DNA from: a virus
Taxonomy: Duplodnaviria; Caudoviricetes
IMG/VR virus record: IMGVR_UViG_2767802067_000002
Location: 32,001-96,000 of that record
Strand: one strand, 5' to 3'
Length of the DNA stretch: 64,000 nt
How positions within the stretch are numbered: the first letter of the stretch is position 1; each line of letters opens with the position of its first letter. Under the pieces are notes generated by a model. The model was not told where the DNA came from. It did not search any database and saw only the letters and a program-made list of their open reading frames with translations. Positions 9,391 to 17,694 of this stretch are shown here, one piece after another. Both the position numbers and the translations under genes were made by a program.

Positions 9391-11204
9391 GCGGCCACCG
9401 CCAGGGGTGCGCACGTGGCGATCGCGGCCGGGACGACGTCGTAGCTGTGGGCGACGCCGGCGGCGATCAGCTCGCGGCAGTAGTCGTCCAGGCTCGCGGT
9501 CAGGCACTCCGGGTCGACGCCGTACCGGTTGGCGATCTCGGGGACGCGCACCCACGCCCCGGCGAGGAGCCGCCACTGGTCGATCTGGTCGGCGTCGACG
9601 GCCAGCAGCGCGTGAAGGGCCGCCGGGGTCGTCTCGCGGGCCTGGGCGCGTTCGGAGCGGGGGCAGGCCGGGGTGCGGAGCAGCTTCTCGCCGGCGGCCG
9701 ACAGTGCGCCCCAGATCAGGCCGTCGGCGGCGGCGAGGAGCCCGGCGAGGTCGATGTCCGCCGCGGTGGTCGCGGCGGAGGCGGGCAGGGTGTCCGGCTC
9801 GGCGGTGGTTTCGTCGACGGGCAGCGGCCCGGATGCCTTCTCCTGCACCTGGTCCTGCGGCTGGTCCTGCGGCTGCTTGGACCGGGCCGCGATCTCGTCG
9901 GCGTTGGGGGCGTCGTCCTCGTCGAAGCCGGTCTCGCGGCGCAGCGCCGCCGCCGAGATCGCGCCGAGCTCGAACAGCTTCAACGCGGTCTCAGACCGGT
10001 TGGTGCGCACCCGCAGCGGGCTGGAGTCGTACCAGACCAGGCAGCGCCCGGCGTCCTCGACGCCGTCGGCTTCCAGGAGCGGGCGCAGCCACTGCGTGGT
10101 GAACGCGCGGCAGACCGTCTTGGCCTTCGGCTCCACTCCCAGGCGGATCGCCTCGGAGGTCAGAGCCCACTGGCCCCAGTGGTTGACGTCGCCGAGCCCC
10201 AAGACCACCTCGGCGGGGATCTCCAGGCCGGTGGCGAAGCGGCGGATCTCCTCGTCGCGCAGCTTGATCGCGAGTTCGTCGAAGTCGCTGTCGAAGCGGA
10301 TCAGCTTGAACTCGGGGATCGTCTCGGCCGGGACCTCCAGCACGATCGGCACCGTGGCGGCGGCGCTCTCCGGGTCCTTGATCGCCGTCTCGGCGATCAC
10401 CATCAGGACTTCGATCAGGTCGTCCTCGGCGGCGGCCTGGCCGGGCGCTGTCGGGAAGCGGGTGCCCTTCGGCACCAGCAGGATGCCGCGGCCGGTGATC
10501 CGGCTGCGCGCGATGGCCTTCACCGCCGCGTTCAGCAGCGCCAGCGATTCGAGCTGGTCGAGGCTGGAGCGGACCGCCGAGTCCGCTTCCAGGTAGACGT
10601 CCGGGCTGGGCTCCCACACGCGGATCGCGGCCGGGATCGAGTCGTCCAGCGGGCCCTCGGGGTCGGCGGGCGGGATCTCCACCGGCTCGCCGTCGATGAT
10701 CGCGGTCAGCTTCCCGGACTGCTGCTGGACCTCCTTGACGGACAGCACCCGCCACAGGTCCGCCGGGTCCTGGACCGAGGCGCTTTCGGGGGCGGGCAGG
10801 ATGATGACCCAGCCCTCGCCGGCGACCGTCAGGTGCGGCCCGAACTTGCCCATCAGCTCGGCCTGGCCGTCGGGCCCGCCCGCGATCTGCGCGACGTACT
10901 GGCTGGCCGGGTGCTCGGGGGGCAGCCGCTCGATCGAGCCGTCGTCGGCCCGGTAGCCCGCATACAGGGTGACGCCGGACATCGCGTTGCCCATCCAGCG
11001 CCCGGCGAACCGCACCTCGGGCACGGTGCGGTAGTAGCTCCAGGCCGCCAGCTGCCACGACTGGTCGACGGGCTTGGCCCGGCTGATCTTCCGGCCGGTG
11101 TAGCGGGCCGCGGCAGCCGTCAGCGACATGGACTCGACGCGGACCGGGACCGGCGCCCGCTTCGGCTCGGCCTTGGGCCTGGGCTTGCGCGTGGGGGCGC
11201 TCAC
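9387..11204 (-). CDS. Phage portal protein
   Basis: WQLAAWSYYRTVPEVRF, LTVAGEGW, GLEIPAEVVLGLGDVNHW and ALRRETGF motifs; position between TerL and MuF. Confidence 0.8.
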   Translation of the reverse strand: MSAPTRKPRPKAEPKRAPVPVRVESMSLTAAAARYTGRKISRAKPVDQSWQLAAWSYYRTVPEVRFAGRWMGNAMSGVTLYAGYRADDGSIERLPPEHPASQYVAQIAGGPDGQAELMGKFGPHLTVAGEGWVIILPAPESASVQDPADLWRVLSVKEVQQQSGKLTAIIDGEPVEIPPADPEGPLDDSIPAAIRVWEPSPDVYLEADSAVRSSLDQLESLALLNAAVKAIARSRITGRGILLVPKGTRFPTAPGQAAAEDDLIEVLMVIAETAIKDPESAAATVPIVLEVPAETIPEFKLIRFDSDFDELAIKLRDEEIRRFATGLEIPAEVVLGLGDVNHWGQWALTSEAIRLGVEPKAKTVCRAFTTQWLRPLLEADGVEDAGRCLVWYDSSPLRVRTNRSETALKLFELGAISAAALRRETGFDEDDAPNADEIAARSKQPQDQPQDQVQEKASGPLPVDETTAEPDTLPASAATTAADIDLAGLLAAADGLIWGALSAAGEKLLRTPACPRSERAQARETTPAALHALLAVDADQIDQWRLLAGAWVRVPEIANRYGVDPECLTASLDDYCRELIAAGVAHSYDVVPAAIATCAPLAVAA

Positions 11205-11536
11205 TGGTCGTTCCGGGTGTCGTCCCAGCGATTGATGACCACCCCGGCGCCGGCGACGGCCAGCCACTCGATGCCGTGGACGAGAACGGGGGCCTGCGCC
11301 CACTGGCCGGAGGCGAGCAGGTAGGTGGCGAGCAGGAAGCCGGCCACCCACCATCCGGTGCAGTAGACGCAGGAGATCAGGGTGAGCAGCAGGTCCCGGA
11401 CGTTCGACTCGGGCTTCTTCACGCGCCAGTCGATGACCTGGTCCCGGAGCGGGTCGAGGATCGTGTCATGGACGATCAGCTGGGTGCCGCGGTAGCAGGC
11501 GAAACCGAGCACTCCCAGCTCGGCCAGGTTCAGCAT
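11201..11536 (-). CDS. DUF1360-like membrane protein
   Basis: YRGTQLIVHDTILDPLR...LISCVYCTGWW; hydrophobic segments; directly upstream of the portal gene. Confidence 0.7.
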   Translation of the reverse strand: MLNLAELGVLGFACYRGTQLIVHDTILDPLRDQVIDWRVKKPESNVRDLLLTLISCVYCTGWWVAGFLLATYLLASGQWAQAPVLVHGIEWLAVAGAGVVINRWDDTRNDQ

Positions 11537-11616
11537 GGGGTTCGCCCCTCGGGTCGGGTTCCTCCGAAAACGAGGGGGCATCGTAGGGCAAACAGCGAAA
11601 TCCCGTCAGAAACGAA

Positions 11617-11644
11617 CGATCACGCTGCAATTCGGGCGTGATCG
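11617..11644. promoter_or_regulatory. Inverted repeat CGATCACGC-N10-GCGTGATCG upstream of the head operon
   Basis: Perfect 9-bp arms in a less GC-rich gap upstream of the DUF1360/portal genes. Confidence 0.35.
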
Positions 11645-11648
11645 GACG

Positions 11649-11888
11649 TCAGAACAGGGACGTCGGCTCGTCCGGCTCGGGCTCGACACCGGGGATCTCC
11701 AGCTGCGCCCCGGGGCCCGGCATGTCGATGATCTCCAGCGACTCCTTGCAGGACACCAGCACGCCGCCGACCCGGCGCTCGTCCGGGGCGTCGTGCCGCC
11801 ACAGCCGGCCCTTGGACGGTCGTCCGGCGACCGGCCCAACCGCGACGTCCTTGGGGCAACTTGGGCACTTCACCCGGGGCAGCTTCAC
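11649..11888 (-). CDS. Small zinc-binding protein
   Basis: CPSC...LWRH...C; ends PTSLF. Confidence 0.6.
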   Translation of the reverse strand: MKLPRVKCPSCPKDVAVGPVAGRPSKGRLWRHDAPDERRVGGVLVSCKESLEIIDMPGPGAQLEIPGVEPEPDEPTSLF

Positions 11889-12087
11889 ATCCGCAGTGTG
11901 ACCGGCCGGGCGCAGCGAGTACAGCCGCGTCCGGCCGACCGCTATGCTTCCCGCCTCCGGGGACGGCGGTCGGCTTGACGCCAGTGCCCATGGGAAGCGC
12001 CGAGATTGATCCGCACTCGGTGGCCGCCGTCCCCGGTCAGCCGGCCAAGACGCTCCAGGCCCGGGCGGGCCGCCGACCCTAGCGCCG

Positions 12088-12420
12088 TCACCGGGACGCC
12101 GCCGCGGCCTCCTGCCGCTCCTTCCACAGCCGCTCGTACGCCAGGTGGCAGGACCAGTACGTCCAGCCGGTGACGGACAGGTAGGCCGGGAGCATGCCGT
12201 CCGCCTCGTGCCACTCGTGGACGACCTCGCCGTCCGCCGTGCCGTCGTCGAGGACGTACGCCGACTCGAACTGCGCGTTCCCGGCGACAGTCGGCCTGCT
12301 GCCGGTGAGGGCCCAGCGGCGGCGGTACGTCTTGCCGTCCGGCCCGGTCTTCGTCACCGGCCCGGGGATGGGCCCGAAGTACGCCCACGTCGGGTCGGTG
12401 GTCTTGTCGTGTTCGGTCAT
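12088..12420 (-). CDS. Hypothetical protein
   Basis: AAGGAG RBS before MTEHDK; normal codon usage. Confidence 0.6.
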   Translation of the reverse strand: MTEHDKTTDPTWAYFGPIPGPVTKTGPDGKTYRRRWALTGSRPTVAGNAQFESAYVLDDGTADGEVVHEWHEADGMLPAYLSVTGWTYWSCHLAYERLWKERQEAAAASR

Positions 12421-12525
12421 GCGGTCAGTCTCCTTCGGCAGGCGGGGCGGCACCCCGGGGTTGAGCCAGGCACCGGGGGGCGCAGCGAGGCGCGGGCCGG
12501 GGCTGGGGTGCGCCCCGGCCGCCCG

Positions 12526-14109
12526 TCACCGGCCGATCCGCCGCCCGTACAGGCCCGCCGCCGGGCTCTGCTGCCCGCTGCCGGTCGGCTGCGGGGCGGT
12601 CGGCAGCGGCGCGTGCACGATCGCGCCCTTGTTGGCCTCCGGGATCAGGCCGTACGCCAGGACGCACGAGGCGTCGATCCGGCCCGGCGAGTCCGGGTCG
12701 GTCGGCATCCACGTCGCCCACTCCTTCTCCAGGTCGGTGAACACCCCACGCAGCCGCACCCGGTCCTGCACCATCAGCTGCGCCACCGGCTCCGCCCTGA
12801 GCAGCTTCCCCTGCTTCGCGCGGACGGGCAGGATCGCCGGCATCAGCTCGGTCTCCGGGATCTCCCCGGCCCGCTGCAACGCCTCCCACGAGTTCGAGAT
12901 CGCCAGGACGGCCATGTCCCGGCCGAAGTTCCACTCCACGTAGATGATCGAGGCGTTCTGCTCGTGGGCGAGCTTGCACGCCGCGGTGGACCACGCGGCC
13001 GACGACATCGGCGCCGACACGTCGTGCGTGATCCACACCCGCTTGTCGTCGCCGAGGAACCCGGCGACGACGCCCGCGGTGTCCCGGCCGCCGCCGGACG
13101 GGTCGATCGACACCGCGATCTTCTGCGGCGTCACCCCGCTGCCGTGGTCGCGGATCAGCCGCAGCAGCTCCCACGACACCAGCGCGCCTTCGGCCGGCTG
13201 CGGGTCGCCCTGCGCGAGCGAGTGCCAGTCCCGGACGATCGACGTCTTCTTCATGTCCGCCCACCAGGCCAGCAGCGCCCGCCGGTCCCTGGTGCGGATC
13301 TTCGGGTGCGGCAGCGGGTCGCCGTCGCGGCGCCCGAGCGGGTCCGGCCCGAACTTGCTCGGATTCGCGATCGCGGGCAGGTGGATGACCTTCCACCGGC
13401 CGCCGTCCTCCAGCCGCCCCTCGTCCTCCAGGCGCCGCCCAGCCCAGTCGTCCGGGTGCCAGCGGGTCTGGATCCCGACGACCGCGTTCCGGTCCGGCTG
13501 CAAGCGCTTGAGGGCCGTGGACGAGTACCAGTCGTGCAGGGCGGTGCGGGACGCCTCGCTCTCCGCGTCGGCGCGATCCTTGTGCGGGTCGTCGATGATC
13601 AGCAGGTTCGCGCTGTGGCCGGTCAGGCCCTTGCCGACCGACACCGAGCGGACGCCGCCGCCGAGAGTCACCGACCAGTCCTGCATCGCCCCGGACCCGG
13701 CCTTCATCCGCAGGTCGTACTCGTCGCCGTACTCCTCGACGTACGACCTGATCGTCTTGCCGCGCTTGAGCGCCAGGTCGTCGCCGTACGACGTCACCAC
13801 GACCGCGTCCGCCGGGTACAGGCACAGCCACCAGAACGGGAACCACTCACCGACCGACGTCGATTTGCCGACCTGGGGCGGCGTGAAGATCATCAACCTG
13901 TCGTATTCACCCCGGGTGACGCCGGCCAGCGCATCGCCGATCAGCCGCAGGTGCGGGCGCATCCGGAACGTCGGGTCGAGGCCGCGTGCCAGGGTGACCG
14001 GGTCGCGCAGCAGGTCCCGGCTCATCGCCCTCTTCGCGGCCTCCAGCCGCTGGAGCACCGTGGCGTCGTCCAGATGCTCCAGCCCGTCGGCGGCGTCCCG
14101 TGTCCTCAC
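12526..14109 (-). CDS. terL: Terminase large subunit
   Basis: Walker A PPQVGKST, Walker B LLIIDDP, coupling motif IQTRWH, nuclease acidic motifs SIDPS and SPGRIDA. Confidence 0.92.
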   Translation of the reverse strand: MRTRDAADGLEHLDDATVLQRLEAAKRAMSRDLLRDPVTLARGLDPTFRMRPHLRLIGDALAGVTRGEYDRLMIFTPPQVGKSTSVGEWFPFWWLCLYPADAVVVTSYGDDLALKRGKTIRSYVEEYGDEYDLRMKAGSGAMQDWSVTLGGGVRSVSVGKGLTGHSANLLIIDDPHKDRADAESEASRTALHDWYSSTALKRLQPDRNAVVGIQTRWHPDDWAGRRLEDEGRLEDGGRWKVIHLPAIANPSKFGPDPLGRRDGDPLPHPKIRTRDRRALLAWWADMKKTSIVRDWHSLAQGDPQPAEGALVSWELLRLIRDHGSGVTPQKIAVSIDPSGGGRDTAGVVAGFLGDDKRVWITHDVSAPMSSAAWSTAACKLAHEQNASIIYVEWNFGRDMAVLAISNSWEALQRAGEIPETELMPAILPVRAKQGKLLRAEPVAQLMVQDRVRLRGVFTDLEKEWATWMPTDPDSPGRIDASCVLAYGLIPEANKGAIVHAPLPTAPQPTGSGQQSPAAGLYGRRIGR

Positions 14110-14795
14110 TCGGCGCCCTGGTCCTCGTCGTCGCCGTCCGGCCCGGCCGGGTACGTCTCCTCGTCGTCCTCGTCGGCCTGGCCGCCACCGACGGCCGCGA
14201 CCTGGTCGTCCTCGTCATCGGCGCCGTCGATCGCGGCGAGCCGGCGGTTCACGGACTCGGCGAGATCCGAGAGCTGCTTGCGGCGCTGCTCCTCCGGCAT
14301 CTGCGCGAACGCCGCGAGCTGCGCCGCCAGCGGGTTCCCGCCCTGGCCGCCGGTGATGGCGATGGTCTCCGTCGGATCGCCGAACAGCACCCGGCGCTGG
14401 CGCATGGTCACGTCCAGCAGGCGGATGAAGTCCCCGGGGCTCAGGTCGTCGGCCCGCAGGGTGCCCAGGCGCTGCGCCAGCTTGCCGATCGCTGCGCCCA
14501 AGATCTTCGCGTCCGACTCGGCGGCCTTGCGCCGCTCCTCCAGCCACGTCGCCTCGTAGAGCCGGTCCAGGTGCCGGTCCCACGCCTCGACGCGCTCGCG
14601 CCAGCGGAACTCCGCCGCGACGTTCCTCACGTGCCCGGGCGCGAGTGTCAGCTTCTCCGCAGCCTTCACCAGGGTGCGGGCGCGGCCGAGGTCCCGGTAC
14701 GTGACGAATTGCCCGTGTTTGCGGGCTGACTCTCCGGGCTGACGCTCCCAGGGGTCCAGGGTGGCGGTCAGGGTGATCGGCTGTGCGGTGCTCAT
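14106..14795 (-). CDS. terS: Terminase small subunit
   Basis: PWERQPGES...F..YRDLG..R...WRERVEAWD signature; overlaps the TerL start. Confidence 0.8.
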   Translation of the reverse strand: MSTAQPITLTATLDPWERQPGESARKHGQFVTYRDLGRARTLVKAAEKLTLAPGHVRNVAAEFRWRERVEAWDRHLDRLYEATWLEERRKAAESDAKILGAAIGKLAQRLGTLRADDLSPGDFIRLLDVTMRQRRVLFGDPTETIAITGGQGGNPLAAQLAAFAQMPEEQRRKQLSDLAESVNRRLAAIDGADDEDDQVAAVGGGQADEDDEETYPAGPDGDDEDQGAE

Positions 14796-15754
14796 GGCTG
14801 GGCGTCACCCTGCGGGGCGGGGGCGTCGGGCTGGGCGGGCACCGTGCTGGGCTCCCAGTTGCTGCCGGACAGGTACTCGCCGGCCAGGCGCTCCAGCAGC
14901 AGGTAGCCCTTGCCCTGCGGGATCTCGCCGCGTCCCTCCGCTGCGGCGATCGCCTTGTTCAGCGTGACGGCGGCGGTGGCGGGGAGGTGGCGGGCTCCGA
15001 TGACGGTCTCCAGGCCGACCTGCCCGTTGTGCAGCGCTTCCCAGGCGGGGGTCTGGTAGCCGGCCTGCAAGTCGGTGAGGTGCTGCTCGACGATCGCGAG
15101 GATGGCGTGGAGCGCGGTCGCGACGTTGCCCACCTTGTGGGCGGCGTGCGTGGAGGCGAGCGTGTCGAGGGTCTGGGCGTAGTCGGCCCGGGCGGCGAGC
15201 CAGGAGACGTTCTGGCTGAGGCGGGCGAGGTCGAAGGCTTCGCGGGCCGCTTCGAGCTCGGACGGCAGGAACACGAGGCTCACGGTGGCGAAGTCGAGGT
15301 TCGCCTCCGACAGGCCCTCGGGGGAGACTTCGGCGAGGAGCTGGAGCACGTCGTCGTCCAGGCCGGAGTAGGCCCGCCAGTCGACGTCCTCGATGGCGTC
15401 GTACAGCTGCTTGAGGGTCGCCGGGTCGTCCTTGCCGGTGATGGCGTTGTGGGAGAGCTGGCGGGCGATCAGCTCGTCCTTGTGCTGCGGGTCGGAGATC
15501 AGCATGACGTCGATCTCTTCGAGGCCGGCGGCCACCGAGGCGTCGCAGCGGTGGTTGCCGGACAGGACGAGCTCGCGGCCTTCCTCGTACTCGCCGGCGC
15601 CGCCGTAGATCAGGGGGACGCTGGTCAGGCAGCCGTCGGCCTTGACGTTGGCCACCAGCCGGTCGAACTCCTCCTTCGTCTGGTAGTGCGCGTTCACCTG
15701 GAGGCGGGTGAGGAGCCGCGGGTCGCGGCGGACCAGGCGGGGCTTGATCGTCAT
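14792..15754 (-). CDS. ParB/Srx-like N-terminal domain protein of the terminase-linked DNA modification module
   Basis: True start MTIKPR overlaps the upstream stop (ATGA); NAHYQ...LVANVKADG...VLSGNHRC...QLSHNAITG. Confidence 0.8.
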   Translation of the reverse strand: MTIKPRLVRRDPRLLTRLQVNAHYQTKEEFDRLVANVKADGCLTSVPLIYGGAGEYEEGRELVLSGNHRCDASVAAGLEEIDVMLISDPQHKDELIARQLSHNAITGKDDPATLKQLYDAIEDVDWRAYSGLDDDVLQLLAEVSPEGLSEANLDFATVSLVFLPSELEAAREAFDLARLSQNVSWLAARADYAQTLDTLASTHAAHKVGNVATALHAILAIVEQHLTDLQAGYQTPAWEALHNGQVGLETVIGARHLPATAAVTLNKAIAAAEGRGEIPQGKGYLLLERLAGEYLSGSNWEPSTVPAQPDAPAPQGDAQP

Positions 15755-17109
15755 CGGTTGAGGTCCTTTCCGTGCTTGCGCTTCCACAGGTCGAGGGCGC
15801 CGTCGAGGTCGTAGGTGCCGAGGGGGCCGCCGTACTGCAGCTGGTAGGCGTGGATGCCGTCGCCGGGGTCCTTCGCGCTGGCCTGGGTGCGCTTCTGGAG
15901 CTTCACGCCGGGGATGCCGCGGCCGTACTTCGCCGAGTTGGGCCGGTCGGTGAACGCCGTGGTGGACCAGGCGTCGATCCGCTTGGACAGGGACCGCTGA
16001 ACGAGGAGCTGCGCCTCCTTTGTGGAGGCGGCCATGACGATCAGCTTGGCCAGGCGCCGGTACCGCGACCACGACACCGGGAAGTCGGACATCAGGTAGG
16101 CGCAGTTCGGGTCGAACTTCGGCGGCAGGTAGGCGAACGCGCCGATCAGCTTGCCGTCGACGGAGACGCCGCAGGCGAGCAGCGGGCTGCCGGGCAGGAT
16201 GCTCTTGGACATGAACTGCGAGCGGATCGCGGCGAACTGGCCGCCGGTCAGGACGTGCAGGGCCATCCGCTCGCCCAGTTCCTCGTCCTGGCCGATCTTC
16301 GGCATCTTGATCGTCTCGATGGGCTGGTGGGGCCGGACGATCCGGCGGGGTCCGGAGGCGGCGTACACGTAGATCGGCAGGCCGCGGTTGGCGGTCTGGA
16401 CGACGCCGGCGAGCTGCGGGCGCAGCTCCGGGCGTTCGATGTGCAGGCCGAGGACCCAGTGCGGCCGGTCCTGGACCTGCTCGATGATCCGCTCCTTGCC
16501 TTCCTCGGTGAGGTCGCCGAACGTCGGCTCGGGCCAGGCGAACGCGGCGTCGATCGGGGCGAACTGGGCCTGGTAGTCGCCCGAGTAGAACGGCGGGAAC
16601 ATCACCACCGGCGCCTCGGGCGGCACCTCCTGGTCGAGGTAGTCGCGGACGTCGCCGGCGAAGAACCCGCCGAGCTTCGTCTGCAAGCCCTTGAGCTTGG
16701 TGGCGGTCTTCTCGTGCATCCGGGGCCACTGGTCCTGCGTCGCGGCCATCATCCGCCGGTAGTAGGCGCCCTCCTTGCCGACGAACTGGAGGAAGCGGGT
16801 GCCGAGCATCAGCGTCGCCATCAGGTCGGTGCGGTCATCCAGGTACGGGTGGAGCCAGCCCAGCTCGTCCTCGTACTCGGGGCGCAGCGTGAACTCCAGC
16901 GGCTGCCCGGCGAGGAACCAGCCGAGGGAGCACGAGTACGCCTGGATGTCGTTGCCGTGGACGCGGCGGGCGTCGCCGAAGCGGGAGTGGAGCACCCGCT
17001 CGATCGTGAAGTTGCCGGAGCAGCCGACGTAGATGTCCTCCCCGGGCCACTCGCCGGCGTGCTCGTAGATGATCGAGCGGAGCGGGGCGGGGATCGAGCC
17101 ACGGAACAC
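15751..17109 (-). CDS. Amino-methyltransferase-like domain fused to Mom-like GNAT domain (putative DNA base modifier)
   Basis: AGGAGG then GTG at 17109; motif I-like YVGCSGNF; motif IV-like MFPPFY; C-terminal GVSVDGKLIGAFAY...YLMSDF...RLAKLI...TTAFTD..SAKY, a GNAT/Mom-like pattern. Confidence 0.65.
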   Translation of the reverse strand: MFRGSIPAPLRSIIYEHAGEWPGEDIYVGCSGNFTIERVLHSRFGDARRVHGNDIQAYSCSLGWFLAGQPLEFTLRPEYEDELGWLHPYLDDRTDLMATLMLGTRFLQFVGKEGAYYRRMMAATQDQWPRMHEKTATKLKGLQTKLGGFFAGDVRDYLDQEVPPEAPVVMFPPFYSGDYQAQFAPIDAAFAWPEPTFGDLTEEGKERIIEQVQDRPHWVLGLHIERPELRPQLAGVVQTANRGLPIYVYAASGPRRIVRPHQPIETIKMPKIGQDEELGERMALHVLTGGQFAAIRSQFMSKSILPGSPLLACGVSVDGKLIGAFAYLPPKFDPNCAYLMSDFPVSWSRYRRLAKLIVMAASTKEAQLLVQRSLSKRIDAWSTTAFTDRPNSAKYGRGIPGVKLQKRTQASAKDPGDGIHAYQLQYGGPLGTYDLDGALDLWKRKHGKDLNR

Positions 17110-17180
17110 GTCGGCCTCCTGGTGCGCCTGGGGAAGGGCGCCGGCCAGCGGCTGACCTGCACCGGCCCGCGCGGCCAGGA

Positions 17181-17201
17181 ATGATGACACATCAGACGTG
17201 G
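17181..17201 (-). promoter_or_regulatory. Repeated promoter/operator motif GATGTGTCATCAT, copy upstream of the modifier gene
   Basis: 13-bp exact direct repeat with 17429-17441; contains the palindrome TGATG-N3-CATCA. Confidence 0.55.
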
Positions 17202-17278
17202 GCGGACGTTACTGGACAGTCCTGGACGGTTCCGGACGATCGTGGACGCCCGGCGCCGGTCGCCGCGGCCCGGAACGG

Positions 17279-17310
17279 GCGAAGCCCCCGCCGCGGGGCG
17301 GGGGCTTCGC
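17279..17310 (-). terminator. Hairpin terminator/processing stem after tRNA-Gly
   Basis: 14-bp perfect stem GCGAAGCCCCCGCC/GGCGGGGGCTTCGC directly 3' of the tRNA. Confidence 0.7.
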
Positions 17311-17315
17311 TGGGG

Positions 17316-17387
17316 AGCGCCAGCCAGGATTTGAACCTGGGCCTCTCAACCTGGAAGGCGAGCGTGCTCACACTGCACTACCGGCGC
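17316..17387 (-). tRNA. tRNA-Gly(UCC), atypical
   Basis: GCGCCGG/CTGGCGC acceptor stem, U73, GTGC/GCAC D-stem, CTTCCAG anticodon loop, CCAGG-TTCAAAT-CCTGG T arm. The D-loop lacks GG and the anticodon stem is mismatched or bulged. Confidence 0.8.
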
Positions 17388-17428
17388 ACGCCCGGCTGCG
17401 ACGCTGCACGCTCAGCCGGACAGGACAG

Positions 17429-17452
17429 ATGATGACACATCGGACGGTGGGG
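17429..17452 (-). promoter_or_regulatory. Repeated promoter/operator motif GATGTGTCATCAT, copy upstream of tRNA-Gly
   Basis: Identical 13-mer to 17181-17193, about 40 nt upstream of the tRNA 5' end. Confidence 0.55.
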
Positions 17453-17641
17453 CCGGTAACGGATCACGTACGGAGCGTGTCCGGCGGGCCCTGTGGCGGC
17501 CTGTCGGGCGGGTCGTGGGAGGGGGGAGGGCATCGGGGGGTGGCACTCTTAGACGTGCCGGAGGGGCCTTGCGGGGGCTTCACCCCTCCGATCCGGGCCG
17601 GACCTTCTGGGCAGTCGGGCGGCGCGGGAGCTGGAGAAGGC

Positions 17642-17678
17642 CGAAGGGCCAGGGCGCTCGGTCCACCCTGGCCCTTCG
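17642..17678 (-). terminator. Hairpin downstream of the PAPS-reductase-family gene
   Basis: 13-bp stem CGAAGGGCCAGGG/CCCTGGCCCTTCG. Confidence 0.55.
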
Positions 17679-17694
17679 CCGCGCTCGGCGCCGG

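Noticed and set aside
17316-17387. tRNA-Gly as a simple decayed pseudogene
   Set aside because: The acceptor, D and T stems and all GlyRS identity bases are intact, and it has its own upstream motif and 3' hairpin; decay is not excluded but is less parsimonious.
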